Positions 18,531 to 28,596 are shown, counted from the stretch's first letter. The stretch: DNA of 64,000 nt from an uncultured Caldilineaceae bacterium (GCA_964517605.1 CAZFCE010000016.1:18900-82899), one strand, 5' to 3'. A program made the numbers and translations. Notes: a model not told the origin generated them from the sequence alone.

Positions 18531-18550
18531 TTTTTTATTGAGAAAAACAA

Positions 18551-19732
18551 CTACCGCCCCTGGATGTGCATGGGCATAATTACGTGGGTAAAGTGTTCAT
18601 CGCCAATGGGCCGGAACACGCCGGGGCTGGCCGAGGTGCTGGTTTCGAGCGCAAATTGCGGGCTATCAATAACGCTTAGCACATCAATGAGGTATTTGGC
18701 GTTAAACGCCACTTCAATGGCGTTGCCGTCAATCGAGGCGTCAATTTCGGTCACGTTGTCGCCCAGTTCGGCGCTGGTGGCCACCAGCGTAATGCGCCCG
18801 TTCATCAACTCGTCGCCGCTGGGCACAATATCCAGCCGCACAATATTGGCCGAATCGCGGGCAAACAAGTGCGAAATTTTTACGGCCTTTAAAAGACTGG
18901 CGGTATCAACCACACTGCGGGTGGAAAAACCCTGCGGAATAATGCGGTTGTAATCGGGAAAGTCACCTTCGATGAGTTGCGACACCAGTTCGATGTCTTG
19001 CAGGTGAAACAGAATTTGCCGCCGCGACGGGGTGATAATCAAATTGATGGGCTGTTCCTGGTCGCCGGAAATGCGCGCCAGTTCCAGCAGGGCGCGGGCG
19101 GGGATAATCAGGCTGGGCGATTTGGTCGCGCTGCCGTTCAACCCGATTTCGGCCAGCGTATCGGCCACGCTGTGGTTTAACGGCGTCGCCCGCACCGATA
19201 ACCGGAAACCGTCGGCGGCCACCATCGTCACTTTGTCGTCATCAAACTTAAGCAACACGCCGGTAAAAACCGGGCGGCTTTCATCGGTGGCGGCGGCAAA
19301 AACCACTTGCTTGATCATGGTGCGCAACGATTCGGGATCGAGTTTAATGGCCACATCGTTTTCGGTGGCGCTGGCTACCGCCGGAAATTCGTGCGCGTCT
19401 ATGCCTTTGATGTTTGATTCAACGCGCGCGCAACGCAGGTTGAGGGTTTGGGTGGCTTCATCAAGGTCCAGGTCAATCCGTTCCGGGGGCAGCGAATTGA
19501 CAAAATCGGCCAGCAGCCGGGCGGGAACGGTAATAGCGCCGGGCTGATCAACTTTTGCGCCAACCCAACAGTTGATACCAAGCTCAAAATTGTTGGCCGA
19601 AAGTTTCAACCGGTCGCCATCGGTGGCCAGTAACACGTTAGACAGAACGGGAAGGGTACTCCGGCTGGCCACGGCCCGGCCAACAATGCTGAGTCCTTTT
19701 GCCAGATTTTCTTGTAAACAGGAAACCTTCAT
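18551..19732 (-). CDS. dnaN: DNA polymerase III beta sliding clamp
   Basis: MKVSCLQENLAKGLSIVGRAVASRSTLPVLSNVLLATDG..., with three-domain clamp length (393 aa from ATG 19732) and C-terminus PMHIQGR. The listed upstream extension adds 16 aa with no RBS. Confidence 0.93.
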   Translation of the reverse strand: MKVSCLQENLAKGLSIVGRAVASRSTLPVLSNVLLATDGDRLKLSANNFELGINCWVGAKVDQPGAITVPARLLADFVNSLPPERIDLDLDEATQTLNLRCARVESNIKGIDAHEFPAVASATENDVAIKLDPESLRTMIKQVVFAAATDESRPVFTGVLLKFDDDKVTMVAADGFRLSVRATPLNHSVADTLAEIGLNGSATKSPSLIIPARALLELARISGDQEQPINLIITPSRRQILFHLQDIELVSQLIEGDFPDYNRIIPQGFSTRSVVDTASLLKAVKISHLFARDSANIVRLDIVPSGDELMNGRITLVATSAELGDNVTEIDASIDGNAIEVAFNAKYLIDVLSVIDSPQFALETSTSASPGVFRPIGDEHFTHVIMPMHIQGR

Positions 19733-19863
19733 GGTATCACCCTTTGCTTTTGAGATTTTATTTTTATCGAGGAGATGCAAAATGCACCATAATTAGTGGT
19801 ACCTGGCTAAAGTATACAACATTTTGTAGGAGAGGACAAAGAAACAGCCTGTAGAATCAAAAA

Positions 19864-19891
19864 AGCGGGAACATGCAAATTTGTTCCCGCT
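19864..19891 (-). terminator. Rho-independent terminator downstream of the LPXTG-protein gene
   Basis: agcgggaaca-tgcaaatt-tgttcccgct, a 10-bp stem with flanking A/T runs. Confidence 0.8.
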
Positions 19892-19915
19892 TTTTCAAAA
19901 GATCGTTTTTTGCGT

Positions 19916-21376
19916 TTAATCGCGCCGGTGGCTATAAAGCAGGCCAATTGTGGCGGCAGCGCCCAAAATTACCAGCACAAATCCGCCAAACGCCACCAGG
20001 CCCAGCGAAACGGGCATTGAAAGCACCGCCCCGGAGGTGGGCAATTTGGCGGTTTCTTCTGACGGAACTGAAACCGCCGGTTTAACCGCAATGACGGCGG
20101 TGCCGGATACGGCTTTGGTCAGCGAAACCTGGTCAACATCAAAATTTACCTCAACGTTGGTGGGGAATTTTTTCAAGCCCCGGATAAACAACGTAATCTG
20201 ATGGGCGTCGGGCGCGGTGCGGAGGGTACCGGTAATGTGTTGGTACACCAGCGGGATGTCTTCGGGAAAGGCCGCATGCGAGCCGAGGCGATTTTGCTCA
20301 TTGAGCGGCATTAGCTGCCAATCAGTTACGTTTTCGTAGTTGCCTTCGCCGTGCGGGTCAACGCCCCAGTGCATCTCAAATTCAGATTTGTTTCTGAGTT
20401 CACGGTCGGCGGTGGTGCGCATAATTGCGTACAAATCCAGCGCGTAAGTTGTGCTGGGGGCAACATCCACCGTTTGGTAAATGGCCATCACCCGGTCAAG
20501 CTGGTTGGCTTCAACTTCATAAATTTCCATCAGTTGCGCCTGCTTGCCGTGGCGCACCGCTTCGGGCCAGAGTTCCTCGTACCAGCCAAAATGGGCGTGG
20601 CCGTTATCGTAGCTTTGCCATTCCGGGGCCACGCCATCCTGTTGCGCCCACGGCGTTTCAAAATCACCGTTGCGGATGATATTCACTGCGGCGGCCTGCG
20701 GCGCGGGTTGAGTAACGGCTTGCCCGCCGGCTACCGCCACGGTATTGGATAAAACCGCGCCCAGCGGAGCGCCGGGCAGTTCGATGAAATGCACATTGAT
20801 TTCCACCGGGTTTTGCCAGATGGCGGTTTTGGCCAGTTGAATCTGGTCGGCGTTACTGGAGTTGATTTGCTGCGCGGTAATCCGGTAGCTAGTGGAGCCG
20901 CCGGCGGTGGTGATACTGCTTGGGTCCAGGTTGCCCACAAACAACGATATTTCCGGCGGGCCGGCGGTGGCGGCGGTAACAGCCGTGCCAATTGTGCCGG
21001 TGATAAACTGAGCTTTGCCGTTGAACACCATGTTACTAAGGGAATCAAACCCCGTACCCACGCCGGCGGCGGTTACTACCGTCCAGCCATCGCTCCGGGT
21101 TTGTTCGTTGTAGGTGAATTTCAAGTCGGTGGCGGCCTTTTTGAGCTTGCCAAGCTGGTCGGTAAGCGAGGCCACGCTGGGGCTGCCGCCCGCCACCGCC
21201 TGCTGCGCCGCCGGAGAAAGCTCCAACACCTGCCGCACTTCCCATTGGCCGTTCTGGTAAAACCCAATCTGGGTATCAACCCGCACCGGGCCGGGGAGTT
21301 GAAACAACACCACCGAGGCCACCACCACGGCTACGGCGCTCAAAATTTTGCCCGATAAATTAATGAGTGAAAACAC
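19916..21376 (-). CDS. Cell-surface protein with N-terminal signal anchor and C-terminal LPXTG-type sorting signal
   Basis: C-terminus KLPTSG followed by a long hydrophobic stretch (about 30 aa; AVLSMPVSLGLVAFGGFVLVILGAAATIGLLYS) and a charged tail HRRD. The central region IIRNGDFETPWAQQDGVAPEWQSY resembles carbohydrate-binding-module openings. GTG 21376 is preferred because the listed TTG 21382 directly abuts the RBS gagggagg. Confidence 0.65.
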   Translation of the reverse strand: MFSLINLSGKILSAVAVVVASVVLFQLPGPVRVDTQIGFYQNGQWEVRQVLELSPAAQQAVAGGSPSVASLTDQLGKLKKAATDLKFTYNEQTRSDGWTVVTAAGVGTGFDSLSNMVFNGKAQFITGTIGTAVTAATAGPPEISLFVGNLDPSSITTAGGSTSYRITAQQINSSNADQIQLAKTAIWQNPVEINVHFIELPGAPLGAVLSNTVAVAGGQAVTQPAPQAAAVNIIRNGDFETPWAQQDGVAPEWQSYDNGHAHFGWYEELWPEAVRHGKQAQLMEIYEVEANQLDRVMAIYQTVDVAPSTTYALDLYAIMRTTADRELRNKSEFEMHWGVDPHGEGNYENVTDWQLMPLNEQNRLGSHAAFPEDIPLVYQHITGTLRTAPDAHQITLFIRGLKKFPTNVEVNFDVDQVSLTKAVSGTAVIAVKPAVSVPSEETAKLPTSGAVLSMPVSLGLVAFGGFVLVILGAAATIGLLYSHRRD

Positions 21377-21499
21377 CGGCAACCTCCCTCAAAAATAAGG
21401 CTTTACATTTCAAAACCCAACATAATACCACAGGTTCATCATAACATACCTGCCACAAATATTCAACGCGACTGCCGGATTCCTTATGACTGCCGGATT

Positions 21500-22414
21500 T
21501 TAAATGGAGGCCGATTTTTTCAGCGGGGTTTTAAAATCGTAAATACCGTCTTTTACCTGCCAGCCGGTGTGGCAAACCTGGCAGATCAGCACATGCTCCG
21601 CGCCAAGGCCGGGTTCGGTCACAGCCAGCGCCGGTGATTTACACGCGGGGCAGCGAAAAAATCCAGCCGAGGCGGGCGGCGTATTTTTTTGGGCTTGCGC
21701 CTGCAAAAACACGCTGGGGGTAAGTTGCCACCACCGACCGGTGGACTGCGCCCAGGTATCCAGTTTTACCAGCAGGGATGTTGGCAGAAATTGTTTCAAC
21801 GTGGCAACCCGATAGTGAGACAGGGTGCGAATTTTTTTCACGTGAAGCCCGGCAGCTTCAAACTGCTGGCGCATCCAGCCGGGGTGAAAATTAAAATTGA
21901 GTTCCACAAACTCAACCGGTTCGGGGTTAAAGGGATTCCACTTTTGCAGGCCCAATCCCCACCGCAAAATGGACTTGAGATTAAATTTGCTGGCATGCTC
22001 AATTACCGCCACGCCGTTGGGTTCAATAATCCGGTGGAGTTCAGCCAGCGCCGCCGGCACCTCAACCAAGTGGTGCATCACCCGGATCATGGTGAGCGCA
22101 TCAAACAGGTTATCCACAAACGGCAGGTTGTACACATCGGCCACCACGTAGGTAATGCGCGGGTCGTGCCCCAAAAATTTTTGCGCCTCCAGCAATTGCG
22201 TGCGGGCGTAGTCTACCAGCACTATTTGCCCATAGCCCCGGTACAAATCCACCAGCCGGCCAAAACCGGCCCCAATTTCAATAAGACGCTGCCCCTGGGG
22301 TGGAAGCATTTTTTCCAGCGCGATGCGTTCAACAGCATCCTCGTAGGCCCGAATGGGGCTACCCCAAAACTCGGTACGATATTTACTGCCTTCGTAATCA
22401 CAAATTCTAGGCAA
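21500..22414 (-). CDS. Class I SAM-dependent methyltransferase with C-terminal Trm112-like zinc ribbon
   Basis: SAM motif RLIEIGAGFGRLVDL. C-terminal CPACKS...CQVCHTGWQVKDGIYDF. TTG start with RBS agagg. Confidence 0.75.
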   Translation of the reverse strand: MPRICDYEGSKYRTEFWGSPIRAYEDAVERIALEKMLPPQGQRLIEIGAGFGRLVDLYRGYGQIVLVDYARTQLLEAQKFLGHDPRITYVVADVYNLPFVDNLFDALTMIRVMHHLVEVPAALAELHRIIEPNGVAVIEHASKFNLKSILRWGLGLQKWNPFNPEPVEFVELNFNFHPGWMRQQFEAAGLHVKKIRTLSHYRVATLKQFLPTSLLVKLDTWAQSTGRWWQLTPSVFLQAQAQKNTPPASAGFFRCPACKSPALAVTEPGLGAEHVLICQVCHTGWQVKDGIYDFKTPLKKSASI

Positions 22415-22494
22415 AAGACACCTCTTTAATCAAACAGTCACCACTATATTTAGTAGAAGCCAGATAAAAGCGTCAATATATTGTATAAAAATGG

Positions 22495-22510
22495 TGTTTC
22501 ACGTGAAACA
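22495..22510. promoter_or_regulatory. Perfect 16-bp palindrome tgtttcacgtgaaaca (CACGTG core), either a short terminator hairpin or an operator
   Basis: Self-complementary. Lies 9 nt past the sugar-transferase stop and is followed on the minus strand by cattttta. Confidence 0.45.
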
Positions 22511-22518
22511 ATAGCAGC

Positions 22519-23910
22519 CTAATAAGCGTTCCGGTCATTGAAAACCTGCAAAAGCGTTCGGATTAAAATTCGAAAATCCAGCGCCAGTGACCAGTTTTCG
22601 GTATACCACAGATCGTATTTGGTGCGCTCGATAATCGAGGTATCGCCGCGCAAACCGTTAATTTGCGCCCAGCCCGTAATCCCCGTTTTTTCCCGGTGCC
22701 GATCCATGTAACGCGGAATGGTTTCCTTGAACTGTTCCACAAACACCGGGCGCTCCGGGCGCGGCCCCACCAGGCTCATATCGCCAATTAAAACGTTGAT
22801 GAGCTGCGGGAGTTCATCAATTGAAAAGCTGCGCAAAAAAGTTCCCAACCGGGTGCGCCGGTCGTCGCCGGAAGTGGCCCAAACCGGGCCGGTTTCCCGC
22901 TCGGCATCCTGCCGCATCGAGCGGAATTTGAGCATCATAAACCGGCTGCCGTCAAGCCCCATCCGTTCCTGGGTGTAAAAGACCGGGCCTTCGGACTCCA
23001 GTTTTATCAGTACCGCCAGCAACATCATTACCGGCGAAAGCAGCACCAGGCCGGCACCGCTACCCAGAATATCAATGCTACGCTTCAGGGCGAGCTGCCA
23101 CCCCCGCATGGCGGTATCTCTAACCGTGAGCAGGGGCAACCCGCCCAAATCGCCAATGGTAACTTCTTTGGCCATAATCTGGAATACATCGGGAAAAACT
23201 TTGATGGCCACTTTGCCCCGGTCGCACTTGCTCACAATTTGCAATGTTTCTAGGTGCGACGCTTCCGGCAGGGCGATAATCACTTCGTTGATGTGGTACG
23301 ATTGAATCAGGTCGGGGAGTTCGTCGGTGTTGCCCAGCACCGGCACATCCTGAATGGCCTTAACTTTGGGGTTGTCATCCACAAAGCCCACCACGCGATA
23401 CCCCAACTCCGGCGACCTGGATATTTTTTGCATTACAATCCGGCCAACCTCACTGGTGCCCACAATTAACAATAGTTCTTCGCCCCAGGTTCGCGCCTGC
23501 AAAGAACGCTGAATTCTGGATTGAATCGCCCGGCCAATCGAGGTGAATAAAATGATCAAAATCCACACGTAAACCATCATCAGGCGCGGGTAATCAAGCT
23601 GGTTTTTAAAGAAAAAGGAAATAAAGGCAATGGCGATAATTGTGCCCACCGACGCCGCACCAAAAATGGCATAAAACTGATCCACATACGAGAGCGACCG
23701 CTGGCGGTGATAAAGCCGGTAAAAGAAAAACACAATCAAAATGGCAATCACATGCACCAGGGCCATGCCAATATAATTAGAAAACGGCAAAATATTTTCA
23801 TAGTCTGACCTGAGCCGAAGCTGATAGCCCACATAAAAAGCCAGGCCCACCATTAGAAAATCTAACCCTACCAGCGATAAAGTAAAAATTAACGGCGCGC
23901 GCTTCTTCAT
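22519..23910 (-). CDS. Polyprenyl-phosphate glycosyl-1-phosphate transferase (WbaP/EpsB-type initiating sugar transferase)
   Basis: N-terminal TM bundle and central Rossmann-like domain. C-terminal bacterial sugar-transferase domain KRSIDILGSGAGLVLLSPVMMLLAVLIKLESEGPVFYTQERMG...MLKFRSM...DELPQLINVLIGDMSLVGPRP. Confidence 0.9.
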   Translation of the reverse strand: MKKRAPLIFTLSLVGLDFLMVGLAFYVGYQLRLRSDYENILPFSNYIGMALVHVIAILIVFFFYRLYHRQRSLSYVDQFYAIFGAASVGTIIAIAFISFFFKNQLDYPRLMMVYVWILIILFTSIGRAIQSRIQRSLQARTWGEELLLIVGTSEVGRIVMQKISRSPELGYRVVGFVDDNPKVKAIQDVPVLGNTDELPDLIQSYHINEVIIALPEASHLETLQIVSKCDRGKVAIKVFPDVFQIMAKEVTIGDLGGLPLLTVRDTAMRGWQLALKRSIDILGSGAGLVLLSPVMMLLAVLIKLESEGPVFYTQERMGLDGSRFMMLKFRSMRQDAERETGPVWATSGDDRRTRLGTFLRSFSIDELPQLINVLIGDMSLVGPRPERPVFVEQFKETIPRYMDRHREKTGITGWAQINGLRGDTSIIERTKYDLWYTENWSLALDFRILIRTLLQVFNDRNAY

Positions 23911-24851
23911 TTTGTCACCTTGGCCGGTTTTGGATTGACGTCGCCGGTCTGGGCCGCCGGCCCGTTCAACCTAAATTCAGTTAACTTTTTTTTGAGTTTG
24001 ATGCCCAGCAGAATCAAGCCATGCAACCAAAACGGGGTGCTGTTGGCGTAGTACTTGTAGTAAAAAATTTCCATCGCCCGATAAAATTCAATTTGAGCCT
24101 TGGCGCTTAACCGGCTGGAGGCCCGTTTGACGTGGGTAACAGTAACAGCCGGGTTGTAATAAATTTTCCAGCCGTGCGTCTTGATTTGGTAAGCCCAATC
24201 AATATCTTCACCGTACATAAAATAGGTTTCGTCCAGCAGGCCGGCCTGGGCAATAGCCTCGCGCCGAACCAGCATAAACGCGCCCACCACGGCATCCACC
24301 TCGATGAGTTCATCGGGGTTGGCAAACGTCATATTGTAACGACCAAAACGCGGACTGCGCGGGAAAAGTTTTGAAAGGCCAACCATGCGGTAAAAACTCA
24401 CTTGCGGCGTGGGAAACGAGCGGCGGCAGGCCAAATCGAGGCTGCCATCCAGCCGGATGAGTTTGGGGCCGGCCGCGCCGGCCTGGGGATGAGTGTCCAT
24501 AAAATCAAGCATGCCGACCAGCGCCGAGGGTGGCAAAACGGTATCCGGGTTGAGTAGTAACGCAAACCGGGGCGCGGTGGGGCCGGGAAAGCCATCGCTG
24601 GCAAAACCGGCATGCTTTAGCCCCAGATTGTTGGCGTAGGCAAATCCGCCGTTGGTGGGGCTAACAATTAACGTGGCCTGCGGAAACTCGGCGGACACCA
24701 TGACCACGCTGTCATCCGTTGAGTCGTTATCTACAACAATCACTTCAAAGTTGATATTGCCCACCGATTGGTAAACGGAGCGCAGGCAATCTCGTAATAA
24801 ATCGCAGGTATTATAATTTACAATTACAATTGCTAAGTCTAACATAGTCAA
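23907..24851 (-). CDS. Glycosyltransferase family 2
   Basis: LAIVIVNYNTCDLLRDCLRSV...VVDNDSTDDS, with GEDIDW (DXD-like). Overlaps the downstream gene by 4 nt. Confidence 0.85.
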   Translation of the reverse strand: MTMLDLAIVIVNYNTCDLLRDCLRSVYQSVGNINFEVIVVDNDSTDDSVVMVSAEFPQATLIVSPTNGGFAYANNLGLKHAGFASDGFPGPTAPRFALLLNPDTVLPPSALVGMLDFMDTHPQAGAAGPKLIRLDGSLDLACRRSFPTPQVSFYRMVGLSKLFPRSPRFGRYNMTFANPDELIEVDAVVGAFMLVRREAIAQAGLLDETYFMYGEDIDWAYQIKTHGWKIYYNPAVTVTHVKRASSRLSAKAQIEFYRAMEIFYYKYYANSTPFWLHGLILLGIKLKKKLTEFRLNGPAAQTGDVNPKPAKVTK

Positions 24852-24921
24852 AATAGAAAAGACTGAGCCACGGCCCAGCCTGCGTCTTTCCGGGAGAATT
24901 TTGGGTCACATTAAAAATGCG

Positions 24922-25941
24922 TTACAGTTCGCGTTTCATCCAGAGCAACATTTGGGTTTGGCGCAGCCCCAACGCCACGTAGGCTTGCACCGCTTCGGGG
25001 TGATAGGCCGGGTGCCGGATGGAAAGGCTCTGGGTTGGCCATTGACTCAGGTAGTTGAGCGCCCGGCTGATTAACGGTTTTTCCAGTTCGCCGCGCCAGT
25101 CGGGGTGGACGGTTAAATCAATTTGATGCGGATTGCGCCAGCCGCCCGGCAGAACATTGGCCGTTGCCACAAAGCGGTGGCCATCTTCAACCACCCAGCG
25201 GGCAACCGGAGCGCCGCCCCACAACCAGGTTAACGAGTTGGTAAAGGTTTCGTTGGTGTTAAGCCGAAAGTGGCTTTGGCGAATGGGCCACTCTTTTTGC
25301 ACCGCCAACGGCGTAGACGCCGTAGCCAGTTCATACGCCGAGCGCGTATCGCTGAGGTTGTAGTTTCTGGCGCGAAGCTGCACCGAATTGGGCAGCGGCA
25401 GCACTTGTTGAATTTTGGGTACGGTGGAAGCGGTTAAATAAGCGGTGCCGGAAACTTCTTTAAAGTTCAGATCGCGGTAAAGCCGGAGGGCGGGTTCGTT
25501 ATCGGCCCTAACTTGCAGCGAAACCAGCGTGCCGTTGTGCTCTTTGGCCAAATCCAGCGCGGCGTTCATTAAGCCGCGTGCAATTCCACGCCGGCGATAG
25601 TTGGCCGAAACGGCCACATTGCTAATCAACCAGCGCCGCGACCCGGCGCTGCTCCGGTTTATGGTAATGTTCCCCACCACTCTGCGTTTTTCTTCCCACA
25701 CAAACCCGGAGAGAAAATCGGTGTGGTCGGGGTTGGTGTAGGCCATCCACCACAACAGTGGTTTTAAATGGCAAAGCCAGCGCAACTCGCGCAGGGCGCT
25801 TTGGCCGGATTGGTCTAAATCTGCGGCAAACGCTTCTTCAATTAAATCGGCTACCGCGCCCAGGTCTTTCATGGGGTTCATCGGGCGCAAGCCAAAATAT
25901 TCCTGTTTAAGCTGACTGGCCAGTACCGCCATTGGTGCCAT
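24922..25941 (-). CDS. GNAT-family N-acetyltransferase (two-lobed, 339 aa)
   Basis: Acetyl-CoA loop VSANYRRRGIARGLMNAALDLA. Confidence 0.7.
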   Translation of the reverse strand: MAPMAVLASQLKQEYFGLRPMNPMKDLGAVADLIEEAFAADLDQSGQSALRELRWLCHLKPLLWWMAYTNPDHTDFLSGFVWEEKRRVVGNITINRSSAGSRRWLISNVAVSANYRRRGIARGLMNAALDLAKEHNGTLVSLQVRADNEPALRLYRDLNFKEVSGTAYLTASTVPKIQQVLPLPNSVQLRARNYNLSDTRSAYELATASTPLAVQKEWPIRQSHFRLNTNETFTNSLTWLWGGAPVARWVVEDGHRFVATANVLPGGWRNPHQIDLTVHPDWRGELEKPLISRALNYLSQWPTQSLSIRHPAYHPEAVQAYVALGLRQTQMLLWMKREL

Positions 25942-25949
25942 TCACCATG

Positions 25950-26405
25950 TTACTCTCGGGATTTTATGAGCATGCGCCATTCGCCTTTGTGCACAACTTC
26001 ATTGTTTTGGTTGATCACGCGCGCGTCAAATACCACCAATCCCCCGCCGAGCCGGGGCATGGATTTGGTTTCAATCACATTGATTTGGGCAAAAATCGTA
26101 TCGCCAATAAAAACGGGCTTGGTAAACTTCCACGTTAGTTCGCGAAAGGCCAGCGTGGTGCCGTCAATAAACCCTTGTTGCACGGCCAGACCGGTAGCAA
26201 TCGAGGCGACCAGCATGCCGTGCGCCACCCGTTGCCCAAAAGGCGTGGTTTTGGCGGCTTCGGCGTTGGTGTGAATAAAATTAAAATCACCCGACAGGCC
26301 GGCAAAATTCACCAGGTCGGCTTCGGTAATGGTGCGGGCGTTGGTTTGAATTTCAAGGCCGATTGTAAATTCTTCAAAGTGCATTCCGCGCACAGGGGCG
26401 TTCAT
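25950..26405 (-). CDS. MaoC-like (R)-specific enoyl-CoA hydratase / hot-dog fold dehydratase
   Basis: FAGLSGDFNFIHTNAEAAKTTPFGQRVAHGML hydratase-2 motif region; 151 aa. Confidence 0.8.
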   Translation of the reverse strand: MNAPVRGMHFEEFTIGLEIQTNARTITEADLVNFAGLSGDFNFIHTNAEAAKTTPFGQRVAHGMLVASIATGLAVQQGFIDGTTLAFRELTWKFTKPVFIGDTIFAQINVIETKSMPRLGGGLVVFDARVINQNNEVVHKGEWRMLIKSRE

Positions 26406-26421
26406 GCAATCCTCCGCAGGT

Positions 26422-27369
26422 TTAGATAACCAGGCTATCGTACAGCAGTTCCAGGCTGAGTTGCTGGTACACGGTGTCGTCGGTGGCCAGCGTAAGGGCC
26501 GCCGCGCTTACGCCCAACCGGACGGCTTCGTCAATGGGCAGGTTATTGAGCAACCCAAAAACAACGGTGGCCGTGAGCGCATCGCTGGCACCGGTTGAAT
26601 CAACCAGTTCGGTGGCCATGGCCGGCACATGGCCGCTGGCGTTGGCCGTGGCGTACACCACGCCTTCTTCAGCCAGGGTGATTAGCGCAATTTCCACGCC
26701 CCGGGTTACCAACTGCCGCGCCGCCGTAATGGCGTCGTTCTCGTTGTTAATGGAACATTCGCACAGCACTTCGGCTTCGGCGATGTTGGGCGAAACCATG
26801 TAAATTTTAGAAAGATGGGGTTTTAACCGGGCCGCCAGCACAGTTGAGGTGGGGTCGGCGCACACTTTTACTTTGTATTGTCGGGCCACTTTAAAAATGG
26901 TGTTGATGGTTGGCTGCGACAGATTGCTATCCAGCACCACCAACTGCGCTTTTTTAATAAGGTCGCGGCGTTGTTCAATGATTTGGGGGGTAATGCAGGC
27001 CAGCACCCTCATATCATCCACCGACATCACCAGATTGCCGTTTTCATCCAGCACCGCCAGATAAGCCGAAGTGTGGCCTTCGGTAGTAATCAGGCAAAAA
27101 TCGGTGTTAAGGCCCACTTCGGCAGCGTTGTTGAGAATGCGCTTGCCAGAACCGTCCTGGCCAATGGCCGAAAGCAGCACGGTTTCAACACCCAGCCGGG
27201 TAAGGTTTTCGGCCACGTTACGAGCCACGCCGCCCACCGTTACCCGCACTTTACCCGGCGTGCTGGTGCCCAACGTGAGCGGCCCGCCGCCCCGGCCTTT
27301 AGAATCAATACTGGCCGCGCCAATTACCAGCACATACGGTTGGGTTGGAATAGAGTTGGCCATGCTCAC
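26422..27369 (-). CDS. PfkB-family carbohydrate/nucleoside kinase
   Basis: VLVIGAASIDSKGR at the N-terminus, GGVARNVAENL, and C-terminal DSTGASDALTA anion-hole motif. Confidence 0.8.
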   Translation of the reverse strand: MSMANSIPTQPYVLVIGAASIDSKGRGGGPLTLGTSTPGKVRVTVGGVARNVAENLTRLGVETVLLSAIGQDGSGKRILNNAAEVGLNTDFCLITTEGHTSAYLAVLDENGNLVMSVDDMRVLACITPQIIEQRRDLIKKAQLVVLDSNLSQPTINTIFKVARQYKVKVCADPTSTVLAARLKPHLSKIYMVSPNIAEAEVLCECSINNENDAITAARQLVTRGVEIALITLAEEGVVYATANASGHVPAMATELVDSTGASDALTATVVFGLLNNLPIDEAVRLGVSAAALTLATDDTVYQQLSLELLYDSLVI

Positions 27370-27450
27370 CTGCTAAAAACTACACTTTGCAAAAACTATA
27401 CCATAACTTGAAAGGGATGTAAAAGTGCCCAATGTCCCAGGCAAACTGAA

Positions 27451-28548
27451 CTATTTATTCACGTTAAAGCGGATAACCAAAATGTCGCCATCGTTAACGA
27501 TGTACTCTTTGCCTTCCAGCCGGATTTTGCCCACGGCCCGCGCCGCCGCGTTTGAGCCGGCAGCCATCAGGTCGGTGTAGCTCACCACCTCGGCGCGGAT
27601 AAAGCCGCGCGCCAGATCGGAGTGGATGGTGCCGGCGCAGTCCAGCGCCGTTGCGCCCCGATTGGTTTCCCAGGCTTTCACTTCGTCCTCGCCCACGGTA
27701 AAAAAGACCATCCGGCCCAGCAAGTCGTAGCTTTCGCGGATAATCCGGGCGGCGCTCAGTTCAGTCAGTCCGTACTCATCCATAAACATGGCCCGGTCGT
27801 CATCGTTATCAAGCTGGGCGATGTCCATTTCCAGCCGGCCATGCACGGCGGTGATGGCGCTTTTTTTGTAGGGATAATCAAGCCGGGGCGGGCTGGCGTC
27901 ATCACCTAAATTAAACATAATCAGCATGGGTTTGGCGCTGAGAAATTGAAAACCGCGCAGCCGCCGGATTTCGTCATCGGTCAAATCAAAATCGCGAATG
28001 GGCAAGCCCTGTTCTACGTGCGGTTTGAGCCGGCTGAGAATATCAAACTCAATTTTGTCATCCTCAAACGAGGGAATGGCCTTGCCCTTTTTCAGGCTGA
28101 TTTCCAGCCGTTCCAGCCGGTTTTCTATTTTGCTCAAATCCGACAGGGTGAGTTCGGCGTCAAGGTGGCTCACATCGCGCAGCGGGTTAACGGTTTCCAA
28201 CGGATGCGGCACGTTGGCATCCTCAAAAGCACGCACCACGTGCAGCAAGGCATCGTTATTGGCAATGGCGTTCACCAGCTCACCGCCAATGCCGGCACCG
28301 CGTTTTTCACCGTCGGTGCTGCCGCCCAGCCCGGCAATATCGGCATATTCAACCCGGGCGTAAGAAATTTTTTTGGGGTTGTGCATTTTTACCATGGCGT
28401 CAACGCGCTCGTCGGGCACGTTGACCATGGCCGTGTTCACCTGAAACGCGCCGCCGGTGTAAGCCGCTGTGGGCGCGTGGCCGCCGGTGAGCACGTTAAA
28501 TATTGTGGTTTTGCCGCTGTTAGGCAGGCCAATAATTCCAATTCGCAT
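27451..28548 (-). CDS. ychF: Ribosome-binding ATPase YchF
   Basis: MRIGIIGLPNSGKTTIFNVLTG, with a coiled-coil insert and a C-terminal TGS-like domain GFIRAEVVSY. Confidence 0.92.
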   Translation of the reverse strand: MRIGIIGLPNSGKTTIFNVLTGGHAPTAAYTGGAFQVNTAMVNVPDERVDAMVKMHNPKKISYARVEYADIAGLGGSTDGEKRGAGIGGELVNAIANNDALLHVVRAFEDANVPHPLETVNPLRDVSHLDAELTLSDLSKIENRLERLEISLKKGKAIPSFEDDKIEFDILSRLKPHVEQGLPIRDFDLTDDEIRRLRGFQFLSAKPMLIMFNLGDDASPPRLDYPYKKSAITAVHGRLEMDIAQLDNDDDRAMFMDEYGLTELSAARIIRESYDLLGRMVFFTVGEDEVKAWETNRGATALDCAGTIHSDLARGFIRAEVVSYTDLMAAGSNAAARAVGKIRLEGKEYIVNDGDILVIRFNVNK

Positions 28549-28574
28549 GTTTATGCCTCATTTCTGAAAGAAAT

Positions 28575-28596
28575 GCCCACCGAAACACAGGTGGGC
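28575..28596 (-). terminator. Candidate terminator after rnj
   Basis: gcccacc-gaaacaca-ggtgggc. On the minus strand it is followed by atttcttt. Confidence 0.5.

Noticed and set aside
21689-22429. 246-aa plus-strand ORF opposite the methyltransferase gene
   Set aside because: The minus strand has a SAM-binding motif, a zinc ribbon and an RBS, whereas the plus-strand ORF has none.
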